Shown: positions 12,401 to 22,493 of the stretch, one piece after another | Position numbering within the stretch: position 1 is the first letter of the stretch | Layout: every line of letters begins with the position of its first letter | NCBI GenBank assembly: GCA_965153355.1 | Contig: OZ231126.1 | Span: 40,300,001 to 40,364,000, forward strand | From: Flaccisagitta enflata | Lineage: Eukaryota | DNA: 64,000 nt | Direction: 5' to 3' | Notes under the pieces: model-generated | What the model was told of the DNA's origin: nothing | Databases searched by the model: none | The model's input: the letters and a program-made list of their open reading frames with translations, nothing else | Position numbers and translations under genes: made by a program

Positions 12401-15400
12401 ATGAGCATGACTATTTGGCCCAAAATGTTGATCTAAACAAGATCAAGGATGCTTTGAACATACTTGCTAGCTCGGAATTGTATAAGGAAGCTGGTGTTGA
12501 AATTGATGTTGAGAACTTTAAAAAGCTTGATGAAAACAAAAATGCACTTATGCAGGAATGTCTAGAAAATATGACCATCGATGATGCCTCTAATAATGAT
12601 GATGGCAATGCTGAGGTTCAGGCTGATTCTGAGAATGTTGATCAAGAGGAGGATGATGACGATGATGATGATTGGGATGAGTTGGGTGATGACTATCCCA
12701 CTAACATAGGCAATGATGATACAATGGTAATAAATGAAAGTGATGAATTGAAAGACATGATGAATGCCAGGAATGATTTGTCTGTTGCCCCGGGGGAGGG
12801 GCAAACGCCTCTTCCCCTTACTCTAGATACATTTTGTGAAGACCTGGCCTACCCAACTCTCAATGCAGGGGAAAAACCTAGAGATCACATTGTACCAATG
12901 TCCTTCAAAGACAAATGCAAAGTTCAGCTCATGCACGCTGACAATCGATACAGAATGCATCCAACCTATTTGTTTTCAATTTATCGCAAAGCCGAAACCA
13001 TACTTCATAAACAAAATATTCAAATTAGCATGAAGAAAGGTAAAAAAGTTGATGGGGCCTCAGTAACCGCCAAGGATGTTTTGGGTAATGATTTTCAAAA
13101 CATTCTTAGGCATGATGGTGGTTACAAAGTTCTTGATTCAAACCGTTGTAGCCCAGCTTATTGGCAAAAGGTAAAGGGTGAACTATTTGCAATGGTTAGA
13201 CAACTGGGAATGCCGACCTGGTTTCTCACCTTTTCTGCGGCAGAAACCTGGTGGCCAGAACTGATAAGATCCTTGAAGAAAGATTTAGATGGAACTATAT
13301 TGTCAGACAAAGAAATATATGAAATGCCGTGGATAGAAAAAGTCAAATTGATAAGAGCCAATGCAGTTTTATGTGCCCGGCAATTTAATCATCGATTTGA
13401 GGCTTTTTTAAAAACAGTTTTAAAAGAAAAATTGCATTACGATAACAATCTAGATGATTACTTTTTTCGCATTGAGTTCCAACAAAGGGGGTCACCGCAT
13501 GTCCACTTAATTATGTGGAAGCATGATGCCCCTAAGTATGGAATTCAAAGCAATGAAGAGATTTGTCAATATATAGACAAGTATGTTAAATGCTCTATAT
13601 CTTCAGAAGATAAGGAAAATGTTCCATTCCATCTACATTGTCAAATTCATAAACACACTGAATGTTGTAAAAAAAGGAATAGGAAGGAATGTAGGTTCAA
13701 ATTTCCAAGATATCCTATGGATAAGACTAGAATTATTGAACCTCATGATTGGGGACTGTATGTGAAAAAAAATTTTTCTCATCTAGATGAAGTGCAGCAA
13801 AAAGAGATAGAATCACAATTTAAAAAAGAAAACAAAGAACGTAAAGCTTGCATTTTGAAATTTCTAAATGAAATGGATCAAAATGATCCAACATTTTTTT
13901 CTATGTCATTTGAAACTTTTCTCAATACCCTAGATATGGACATTGATAAATACTGCTTGGCAATTGCATCTTTTTTGAAGCGCTCAGAAATCTTCATGAA
14001 AAGGGAGCTTAAAGATGTAAGAGTTAATAATTATAATGATGATCTCTTAAAAGCGTGGATTGGGAATATGGATATCCAATACATATTGGATCCATATTCC
14101 GTTTGTATGTATGTAATAAATTACATTGGAAAATCTTATCGCGGGATGAGTAGATTACTTAGACAAGTAGTAGCTGATTGCAAAAAGAAAAACTCATCAT
14201 TAAAAACAAAAATGACTAGAATCTGTAAAGAATTCCAGGGTGCTAGTGAGGTGTCTGCTCAAGAAGTTGCCTATGATCTTTGTCAATTACATAAAACCAA
14301 ATCAACAAGGACAAAAGTATGGATCAACACTTATCCTAAACATGAACGTGTAAAGATGTTAAAAAGCAAAGATCAATTAAAAAACATGAATGAAGACGCT
14401 GAAAATATCTTTATAGACAATTTACACACCCGATACAGTAAAAGGTCTAGGGAGGAAGAACAATTATCTTTAGTTGACTATGCATTAGGCGTGTCGGGGA
14501 GAAAAAAGGTCCTTCAATACTACCAATATTCCCCTGAGATGGATATGGAAAATTATGCTAGAGTCCTTCTAATGTTGTTTATTCCATGGAGAGATGAAGA
14601 TAAACTTTGTGGTGACTTTGAAACGCACACTGACCGTTATCTATTGTTAAAAGATTATTTAGAAAACAAAAGATCTGAGTTACATAAGATAGATGAACAA
14701 AAACTGGAAGCCTTGTCAAAAGACCCTGAAATAAACGAATTTAGTGATAATTTAGTGCCGACTTTAGACAATGATGAAAATGCGGCTGCTCTTGTTAATG
14801 AGTTGCAAAACGATGGGCCCATTGACAAAGAAAATGTTGACCTTGATTTAATTCATGAATTGGGTGAAGATTATTTTAGAAATGAAGAAGTTAAAATCAA
14901 GAAATACACATCTAGCGCTGAAGAACAAAATGCTATTTATCGCAGTTTGAACAGACGACAAAAAGAAATTTTTTATGACGTCATTAGAAGAGTGCAGCTT
15001 AACATTCCTATAAGAATTATGATCATGGGTGAAGCTGGTACGGGAAAGTCAAGATTATTGCAGGCGATGAACATGTGGGTAGATAATTTTTACTCCAGTA
15101 TAAGAAGTAATGACCCAAACTCTGCCTACTCCATAATATGCTCCTATACCGGAAACGCTGCCTTCAACTCTGGAGGTATGACTTTTCATAGTGCTTTAGG
15201 TATGAAAATAAACCAAAATCTGTCTGATGACTCAGTTTTTGGCTTGATTAGCGACAAACATTTGCAGCAATTGATAGATGCATTTGCCAACATAAGATTT
15301 TTGTGTGCTGATGAGTTCACTTACATAGGCGCCCACATGAATACAAAGATAAACAAACACTTAAAGACCATAAAACAGACAACTAGCGACTATGGCGGTC

Positions 15401-18105
15401 TCGATACTGTTTTTTTTGGAGATCCACGTCAACTTGGACCCATGTTTGATGACTGGATCTTTGAAGCGGACAAAAAACATCCTTGCGGTCCCATTGTAGG
15501 TGATATTTTGTTTAAAAGTTTTCAGAGTTTCACTTTGAATGAGATCATGCGACAAGATGATGAATCTTACATTAAAGCTCTTAACGACCTTTCAAATCCA
15601 TCATCACCTATGAGAGCCGAGAGTATAAAACTTTTTAAACAGCGAGAAATTAAGGAACAAGACATTGATTACTTGCCAAATTGTAGAGTGGATTATTTTC
15701 AAGAAAATAAGGATGTTGATCGTCACAACCTTGAAACATTGGACAAATTAGAAACTGAAAAGTATGAAGTAAATGCTAAGGTTACCTTGCTAGGTGATGC
15801 GACAAATGATGTCAAAAAGACACTTTTGAGTAAAATTAAGGAGGACAATAATCCTAAAGCAACAATGGGTTTACTTTTACATCTTCCATTGAAACTAGGC
15901 GCCAGGTATTTCATTCCAACAAATATTTGTATTAATGACGGTTTGGTTAACGGAGCAATCGGGACTCTCATGGACATAGATTTTAGCTCAAAAAATCGAC
16001 CTTTGACATTGTGGGTAAAGTTTGACAATGAAAAAGTTGGTGTTGACGCAAGGTCAAGGGTGAGGAATGGGTCTAAGTTCAAAAAACGATGCGATGATGG
16101 TTGGACACCCATTACAAAAATAACAAAACAATTCCCAACTTCTCGCATCAAGATATTTGGAATAATAAATCAGTTTCCATTGGCTCTAGGCTATTCATTC
16201 ACTATTGCAAAATGCCAGGGAAATAATAACATAGGTATTCACACTGTAATTCATTTGAACAAGAAGGCTCTCTCAAGGAGAGAGCAGTATGTAGCCTTTT
16301 CGAGAAGTGATAAGCTGGAAAATTTACATATTGTTGGTAATTTTACAGACCCATGGTTTAAAGAAGAGGAACGCAGAAAGAAGAAATTTCCTCAATTAAT
16401 CACAGAGGACAGAGTGTGTAATGCATTTAAAGAACTTGAAAAGAAAGAAGTAGAATTAATTTGGAAGCCATTATACAAATTTCCTAATGAATCACTAAAA
16501 TTAGTTTTCCACAATGTGAACAGTTTAATGCCTCATTTGGAAGACATCAAAATGGACTACAGTACTATGGCTGCAGATGTATGCTTTTTTTTAGACAACC
16601 GGTCAAAACCTAGTGATAATGTTTTCCTAAACAATTTTGTCATAAAAGATCAAATACTTATGGAAACAGAACTTAGGGTTCCTGGAGGCATTCTAATCTT
16701 GGTTAAGCCACACATTAATATTAAGATAATCAAAAAGGTTCAAGAAAAAGCGAATGACTATTATGGACTTGCATTAACATGCATGATAGATGATACAATT
16801 ATCGTTGCGGTATATTTCAGCCCAAAATGCCCTTTGAGTTACATAAAAACATGCATTAACAAGGCCTTAGAGGGTTCTGAAGGATTTCCAAGGATAATGA
16901 TAGGAGGGGATTTTAATCAGAAGAACGATGTACAATTTTTGATTGATATTGGTTTTAAAAATTTTGTGACACTTCCAACAACTAAATGGCTAACAAAAAT
17001 AGACCATTTGTATGCCAATTTTGATAAAGAGATTTTAACATGGGTTAATCCTAGCTACTTTTCTGACCACCATAGCATTATCACAATCATAGGGGATGAC
17101 AACTCTGTTCATTTGGAAAATGTTGCGCCCAAATTTGATGAATGTATGAAAGAAGTTGATAAAAGTGTTCTTTCTGAAAATGTTGTGCCCAATTCAGATG
17201 AATGTATGGATGTTGATGTTACCATAGAAAAATCTTTGACTGATATAAGTAAAGGTAATTTCCATAGATTGAAAAATTCATGGAACACTTGCTGGCTTAA
17301 CAGTATATTTCAAGCTTTGTGGGCAATATTAGCAACAGATACTGAGTTTTCTTTATCATCAACTACTGATATTGCAAGTGTCATTTTTAATTGGATTTTT
17401 GATAAATCTAAAAAGATTCCTCAAACATTTGATCTGTACAAAGAGAAAATCTCAGATCTATCACTTAAAAAAACATTCTTAATGTCGATTGGGAAATTCA
17501 ATGAGCTACAAATGAAGAGCCAAGAAGATGCTGTTGAGGCAATTCAGGAATTCATTAATCAATGTGATAGTTTAATGCCACTACGACATTCTCAGATGGA
17601 AATTTATTACTGTCCTACATGCGGATCTGAGCAAACCACATGTTTGCAGGAAACAATCCTAACAATCCCAATTCAGTCCAAATTTATCAATGGAGGAAAA
17701 TTTGATTTTGGCAGTGCAGTGTTGAGTCTTTTTGGTCAATATGAAAATTCTGAAAAAGTCTGTAATGACCCATCATGTCGCTTTCAGTGTCAAAAGAAAT
17801 CAATGCTAGTCGGAAAACCAAGATATCTTATGATAAATCTAAATAGAGCAGGTCCAAATAATAAAAAAATTCATACTGCTTGTATCATTTCTAGCAACTT
17901 GACAATCAACACTACAGAGGGACCTACTCATTTTGAACTTATTTCTGTCGTGAAACATATTGGGCCAAGTTCTAATTCTGGACATTACATATGTTACAGA
18001 AAATCGGAAGAAGGTTGGTTTGAAATTAATGACGATTCAATCAGAATTATTAACATTTCAACTATGGAAACCGCAAATCTTTTTATATATAAGGAAAAAA
18101 AATGA
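9427..18105 (+). CDS. Helentron/Helitron2 RepHel polyprotein, 2892 aa: SGNH hydrolase, 15-aa repeats, Zn-binding region, HUH Rep, Pif1 helicase, APE-like endonuclease, USP/peptidase C19
   Basis: Rep motifs PTWFLTFS (aa 1263), EFQQRGSPHVH (1350-1360, with the Ser typical of Helentron/Helitron2), YVINYIGK (1562-1569). Pif1 motifs GEAGTGKS (1868), ADEF, GDPRQL, MRQ, DGLVNG, QFPL, YVAFSR. APE motifs HNVNSL, VY.SP, GDFN, IDH, SDH. SGNH blocks TDS, PG, GAND, DGLH. USP Cys box NTCWLNS..Q and His box GHY..W..INDD. Confidence 0.95.
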   Translation: MTINGLLLTDSLLKECSFAARRLLIKNYRLNELNVRSFPGKTTDQLIGGNGEIHALMRDKSYDYVYLVAGANDFNRNEDDCHVMKCKMIARVRSNLVHGFCTQYPFTKLVLAPIPMRRMSKNPDMIHNHPECGSKNWIDTTNNAISLYQSCFSVCACHKDQVRSVISPTLDHWLPYLTSDGLHLTDGTKGQTDGKLKMVQYLLKPKSKFSLLQDDFPPLPEASGSFSFEPQVVVPKVVRREKPNPNLFIHQCCLAQDVSFKGPIKKACKQESKSPVSLPKFAPVPRKRRKKPKKENQWIFPVSNDKFCFSQSNHLPRAKPKIKHAKKVGNKDQQREEHSKKWQKQIPWYERPENTWSEPEVPRGRGLVKQNFRLDSSPSLKRQPHVKQQPVRNKDLQVKLRQKLFFFRNARRPQVRESAFIHDNLKKNVDSNINFDDIDGADDHCHNNDWGELGDNYLAMAGPEKWNFEKSNPLPKKKLSKKQLKNAMKKIKKFLNPMLKSMSEEAEKNEDKIVLTYRSKHGCLIELEKSNGKTETLVDHLTTKNDSSRNKNRKKNSQGDEDHSLLGGAKQRSKSKEAQRKQNQRASRAKNLSKEEIEEHQSKERARKKEAYERNKDEILSNRQMHYAQNKDEILSNKQKHYYQNKDEILTNRQMHYNQNKDEILTNRQMHFKQNKDGILSNKKAHYVQNKDGILSNKLAHYEQNKDGILSNRQAHYEQNKDGILSNRQAYYEQYKDGILSNKQAHYEQHKDEILSNKQNHYKSNQTDILNRKRSNYNDKKGVSSAKSTAKRYKGAKAHQRKLRLAKNLKLTTVKMHDESYKANRQDIIANYQNFYDLIKYGPDFVCTCCHRGLFENQVKKLPKGFNTTVKIGKTDYDCSTDKMSFDGDEYICETCYTNLKKGNMPKYAVANGNELPFVPPEIKCLNEGEERCVAPRVQFIRMQKLGCDRQKGIKSNIVNVPIDVGKLNLQLPCPSLENQVLQLRFKRKLSYEHDYLAQNVDLNKIKDALNILASSELYKEAGVEIDVENFKKLDENKNALMQECLENMTIDDASNNDDGNAEVQADSENVDQEEDDDDDDDWDELGDDYPTNIGNDDTMVINESDELKDMMNARNDLSVAPGEGQTPLPLTLDTFCEDLAYPTLNAGEKPRDHIVPMSFKDKCKVQLMHADNRYRMHPTYLFSIYRKAETILHKQNIQISMKKGKKVDGASVTAKDVLGNDFQNILRHDGGYKVLDSNRCSPAYWQKVKGELFAMVRQLGMPTWFLTFSAAETWWPELIRSLKKDLDGTILSDKEIYEMPWIEKVKLIRANAVLCARQFNHRFEAFLKTVLKEKLHYDNNLDDYFFRIEFQQRGSPHVHLIMWKHDAPKYGIQSNEEICQYIDKYVKCSISSEDKENVPFHLHCQIHKHTECCKKRNRKECRFKFPRYPMDKTRIIEPHDWGLYVKKNFSHLDEVQQKEIESQFKKENKERKACILKFLNEMDQNDPTFFSMSFETFLNTLDMDIDKYCLAIASFLKRSEIFMKRELKDVRVNNYNDDLLKAWIGNMDIQYILDPYSVCMYVINYIGKSYRGMSRLLRQVVADCKKKNSSLKTKMTRICKEFQGASEVSAQEVAYDLCQLHKTKSTRTKVWINTYPKHERVKMLKSKDQLKNMNEDAENIFIDNLHTRYSKRSREEEQLSLVDYALGVSGRKKVLQYYQYSPEMDMENYARVLLMLFIPWRDEDKLCGDFETHTDRYLLLKDYLENKRSELHKIDEQKLEALSKDPEINEFSDNLVPTLDNDENAAALVNELQNDGPIDKENVDLDLIHELGEDYFRNEEVKIKKYTSSAEEQNAIYRSLNRRQKEIFYDVIRRVQLNIPIRIMIMGEAGTGKSRLLQAMNMWVDNFYSSIRSNDPNSAYSIICSYTGNAAFNSGGMTFHSALGMKINQNLSDDSVFGLISDKHLQQLIDAFANIRFLCADEFTYIGAHMNTKINKHLKTIKQTTSDYGGLDTVFFGDPRQLGPMFDDWIFEADKKHPCGPIVGDILFKSFQSFTLNEIMRQDDESYIKALNDLSNPSSPMRAESIKLFKQREIKEQDIDYLPNCRVDYFQENKDVDRHNLETLDKLETEKYEVNAKVTLLGDATNDVKKTLLSKIKEDNNPKATMGLLLHLPLKLGARYFIPTNICINDGLVNGAIGTLMDIDFSSKNRPLTLWVKFDNEKVGVDARSRVRNGSKFKKRCDDGWTPITKITKQFPTSRIKIFGIINQFPLALGYSFTIAKCQGNNNIGIHTVIHLNKKALSRREQYVAFSRSDKLENLHIVGNFTDPWFKEEERRKKKFPQLITEDRVCNAFKELEKKEVELIWKPLYKFPNESLKLVFHNVNSLMPHLEDIKMDYSTMAADVCFFLDNRSKPSDNVFLNNFVIKDQILMETELRVPGGILILVKPHINIKIIKKVQEKANDYYGLALTCMIDDTIIVAVYFSPKCPLSYIKTCINKALEGSEGFPRIMIGGDFNQKNDVQFLIDIGFKNFVTLPTTKWLTKIDHLYANFDKEILTWVNPSYFSDHHSIITIIGDDNSVHLENVAPKFDECMKEVDKSVLSENVVPNSDECMDVDVTIEKSLTDISKGNFHRLKNSWNTCWLNSIFQALWAILATDTEFSLSSTTDIASVIFNWIFDKSKKIPQTFDLYKEKISDLSLKKTFLMSIGKFNELQMKSQEDAVEAIQEFINQCDSLMPLRHSQMEIYYCPTCGSEQTTCLQETILTIPIQSKFINGGKFDFGSAVLSLFGQYENSEKVCNDPSCRFQCQKKSMLVGKPRYLMINLNRAGPNNKKIHTACIISSNLTINTTEGPTHFELISVVKHIGPSSNSGHYICYRKSEEGWFEINDDSIRIINISTMETANLFIYKEKK
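11269..11763 (+). repeat. Coding 45-bp tandem repeat, ~11 x NKD(E/G)ILSN(R/K)QxHYxQ
   Basis: Visible in translation, aa ~615-779. Confidence 0.9.
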
Positions 18106-19344
18106 GTGTATGGATTTTCTAATCATGTGTGATTTATTCATGCCATTTATTTAAACATTTTATCCATATATTTATTCTTATTATCAAAGACACAAATCAA
18201 TGGTTTCAACAAAAAAATAGCCAACAGCTGACTATCCGTAATTGGGTAGTGAATTTATTCATGCTATTTGTTCATGCCATTTATTCATCTGGTTTATTCA
18301 TGCAATTTATTCATGAACTCATTCTTGTTGATATTAAGGATGTAAAAGCGGTCGATTTTAGTGCCGCTCCCACTGCTTACGCTTCTACTTCCTCTTCCAT
18401 TTTGTAGTTAAAATACTAGTAGCTATCCCATCCTCCAAAATGGAAGTGGTCAATCGCTTCCACATCCTTAGTTGATACCAAAAAAATGAGGCTAACGGCT
18501 GGCTATCCATTAATCAATTTGATTGAGTACTTATGTTTGATTGAGCATTAGAAAGAAAAGCCTCTTGAATGGGTTAGGGGTGTCAATGGTAAGGATGGCC
18601 ATTCACATCGATTCCTTTCCTTTAAGGCGTGCTAAAATGATTTAATACAGTACTTGAGCATTGGTAGTATAAAAAACGTATGTAAATGGTTTTTTTCACT
18701 GTACTTAGTGACAAAAGTGATTTTTTTACTACTCATGCCCCTGTACTTTATTGAGCATTTGGTACACTTAATTGGATAAAAGTAACGCGCGGAGCAGCAT
18801 CTACCTCCTGGGTCGCGTGGAAACGGCTGCACTAATCAGTTCACATGTGAGCTAATTAGTGCAGCCATTCCAGATGATTTTAAGCTATATTTCAGAGCTA
18901 TGAAAAACGCAAATTTGTGGACAAAGATGAGGAAGTAAAGATGGCGAATAAAGATTGAGTGGTCTAGCCCAAAGAAACCGCAAAAATGTGTAAATTCTAC
19001 AGCAAGTCATTCTGGTGGTGAAACATGCAGCTGAAAGAAGATGGTGGTGAACACAGAATCAGAAGAAAACCAATGGCCAATAAGCCAATGGGCCAATAAG
19101 CAAGGCTGACACCTTTCAGTCGCGTGCAGTTTTTAAGACCATCAGACCAAAAGACAGATATATTGAAGACCAGGAGACCAAAAGACTAACAGGCAAAATG
19201 AAAATGGACTTAAATCAACTTTGAATAACTTAGAATGACTTAAAATGACTTAAAATGGTGTAAAACAACGAAAATAAGCTTAGGGCTATTGACAGTCGGA
19301 CCAACGGACTGACCAACAGACCATCGGAGTGAGTTGTAGAGTAA

Positions 19345-19895
19345 GAAGAAAGTTGGTGATGCATCTGAAGAGTTGGTGATTAATCAGAAGAGTCGCTGAT
19401 CTATGGAAGAGTTGCTGATCTATGGAGGAGTCGCTGATATACAGAAGAGTTGCTGATATACGGAAGAGTTGCTGATCTACAAAAGAGTCGCTGATCTATG
19501 GAAGCGTCGCTGATCTACGGAAGAGTCGCTGATCTACGGAAGAGTCGCTGATCTACGGAAGAGTTGCTGATCTATGGACGAGTCACTGATTTATGGAAGA
19601 GACGCTGATTTAAGGAAGAGACGCTGATGTACGAAAGAGACGCTGATATAACGAAAAGACGTTGATTTATGGAAGAGTCGCTGATCTACAGAAGAGTTGC
19701 TGATCTATGGAAGAGTTGCTGATCTACAGAAGAGTCGCAAATGTACGGAAGAGATGCTGATCTGCAAAAGAGACGTTGATGTACCAAAGAGACGCTAATA
19801 TATGGAAGAGACGTTGATATACGGAAAAGACACTGATTAAGGGAGAGATGCTGATATACAGAAGAGACGTTGATATGTGGAAGAGACGCTGATAC
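19345..19895. repeat. 19-bp tandem repeat (GAAGAGTCGCTGATCTACG), about 29 units
   Basis: Contiguous diverged units, no spacers. Confidence 0.9.
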
Positions 19896-20229
19896 ATTTG
19901 ACCAAAGGCAACAAAGGTTCTAAAAGAGGAAACGCATTACATTTGATATGATTCTCTGTGAGTGACATTTCTTGAAATCATTGTTAATAAATGTAGTTGA
20001 AAAAAATATCATTTCTTGCTCCTTGTTACTGACATAAATATCTGCTCTTCATGGCTTATATCAAAGGGGGAAAGGGATGTAGGACTGAGCTTTTAAGTGG
20101 AAAGGTTTGAACTGAAAATAGGGTTTTCCAGCTGGTTAGGAATTCATTTATGCAATTTATTCATGGAATAAGAGCTTTGGGGTTAGGGGAGATAAAGAGC
20201 ATGAGAAATAATTGTGATTATATGGGACT

Positions 20230-22489
20230 AGAATGAACAAGCCGATGATCTACGCCATGTTGTGATTTGAGCCACAAAGCTCAGATTTGAGCCAAGAGAT
20301 TGGAATCTGAGTTTTTGATTGGGATTTAAGCCACAAGATTGGGATTTGAGCCTTCAGCCTGAGATTTGAGCTTGGGGTTGGAATTTGAACCTAAGGCCTG
20401 AGGCTGTGATTTGAGCCTTTAGGAGAAGGATGAGGAAGAGAAGGAAGGTAAGAAAGCAGATTTGGGATCAGAATGAAAGGTCACCAGGCCTCAGAGGGGC
20501 CAATGACCTATGCCAGGTTGTAATTCGAGCCATGGGGCTGTTATTTGAGCCCTGAGGCTAGGATATGAGCTATGAGGCTGAGATTTGAGCAACAAGGCTA
20601 GGATGAGCCTTGAAGCTGATATTTGAACCAAAAGGCTGGGATTTGGACCAAGATATTGAAATATGAGCCTTAAGGCTAGGATTCAACTCATAAGGTTTGG
20701 CTTTAAGAATGAGACTAGGATGTGAGCCACAAGGCTGGAATTTAAAGCTAAGATCTACGAGGTCAGCAGGCCCTGAAGGAACCGATGACCTATGCTAGGC
20801 TGTAATTTGAGTCACAAGGCTGGGATTTGAGCCAAAAGATTGAAATATGAATTATGAAGCTGGGAATTAAGCATAAGATTGGGATTTGAGCTCTTAGCCT
20901 GGGATTCAAGCTTGAGACAGTGATTTGGACTTGAGGCTCTGATTTGAGCTTCGAAGCCAGGAGGCGGAGGATGGAAAAGGAGGAGGAGGAGGAGGAGGAG
21001 AAGAAGGAGGAGGGGGGATTTGAGAGGTCAGCAGGCCCCGAAGGGACTGATGACCTATGCTAGGCTGTTATTTGAGTCATAAGGCTGGGATTTGAGCTTC
21101 GAAGCCAGGAGGCGGAGGATGGAAAAGGAGGAGGAGGAGGAGAAGAAGGAGGAGGGGGGATTTGAGAGGTCAGCAGGCCCCGAAGGAACCGATGACCTAT
21201 GCTAGGCTGTAATTTGAGTCATAAGGCTGGGATTAGAGCCAAAAGATTGGAATGTGAGCAATGAAGCTGGGATTTAAGCCATAAGGTTGGAATTTGAGCC
21301 CTGAGCCTGGGTTTCAAGCTCAAGACTGTGATTGGGGCTTGAGGCTGCAATTTGAGCTTTGAAGCTGGGGGGGGGGGAATGGAAAAGGAGGAGGAGGAGA
21401 AGAAGGAAGAGGGGGGACTTGAGAGGTCAGCAGGCCCCGAAGGACCCGATGACCTATGCTAGGCTGTAATTTGAGTCATAAGGCTGGGATTTAAGCCAAA
21501 AGATTGGAATATGAGCGATGAAGCTGGGATTTAAGCCATAAGGTTGGAATTTGAGCCCTGAGCCTGGGATTCAAGCTCGAGACTGTGATTTGGGCTTGAG
21601 GCTGCGATTTGAGCTTCGAAGCCGGGGGAGGGGGGGACGGAGAAGGAGAAGAAGGAGGAGAAGAAGGAAGAGGGGGGATTTGAGAGGTCAGCAGGCCCCG
21701 AAGGACCCGATGACCTATGCTAGGCTGTAATTTGAGTCATAAGGCTGGGATTTGAGCCAAAAGATTGGAATATGAGCGATGAAGCTGGGATTTAAGCCAT
21801 AAGGTTGGAATTTGAGCCCTGAGCCTGGGATTCAAGCTCGAGACTGTGATTGGGGCTTGAGGCTGCAATTTGAGCTTTGAAGCTGGGGGGGGGGGAATGG
21901 AAAAGGAGGAGGAGGAGGAGAAGAAGGAAGAGGGGGGATTTGAGAGGTCAGCAGGCCCCGAAGGACCCGATGACCTATGCTAGGCTGTGATTTGAGTCAT
22001 AAGGCTGGGATTTGAGCCAAAAGATTGGAATATGAGCGATGAAGCTGGGATTTAAGCCATAAGGTTGGAATTTGAGCCCTGAGCCTGGGATTCAAGCTCG
22101 AGACTGTGATTTGGGCTTGAGGCTGCAATTTGAGCTTCGAAGCCGGAGAAGAAGGAGGAGAAGAAGGAAGAGGGGGGATTTGAGAGGTCAGCAGGCCCCG
22201 AAGGACCCGATGACCTATGCTAGGCTGTAATTTGAGTCATAAGGCTGGGATTTGAGCCAAAAGATTGGAATATGAGCGATGAAGCTGGGATTTAAGCCAT
22301 AAGGTTGGAATTTGAGCCCTGAGCCTGGGATTCAAGCTCGAGACTGTGATTTGGGCTTGAGGCTGCGATTTGAGCTTCGAAGCCGGGGGGGGGGGACGGA
22401 GAAGGAGAAGAAGGAGGAGAAGAAGGAGGAGGAGAAAATTTCTCCCTGTGTGAAAGCATAGGTCATCGGCCCCTTCGGGGCCGCTGCCC
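20230..22489 (-). repeat. Tandem array of ~240-bp units built from the family-B terminus
   Basis: Unit marker AGGTCAGCAGGCCCCGAAGGACCCGATGACCTATGC near 20480, 20760, 21025, 21167, 21424, 21685, 21945, 22185; more degenerate leftwards. Confidence 0.85.
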
Positions 22490-22493
22490 AAAA

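Noticed and set aside
9535-16151. Small antisense or alternate-frame ORFs inside the RepHel gene
   Set aside because: Expected shadows of a long coding sequence.
19345-19895. CRISPR-like array
   Set aside because: Units are contiguous with no unique spacers, the context is eukaryotic and there are no cas genes.
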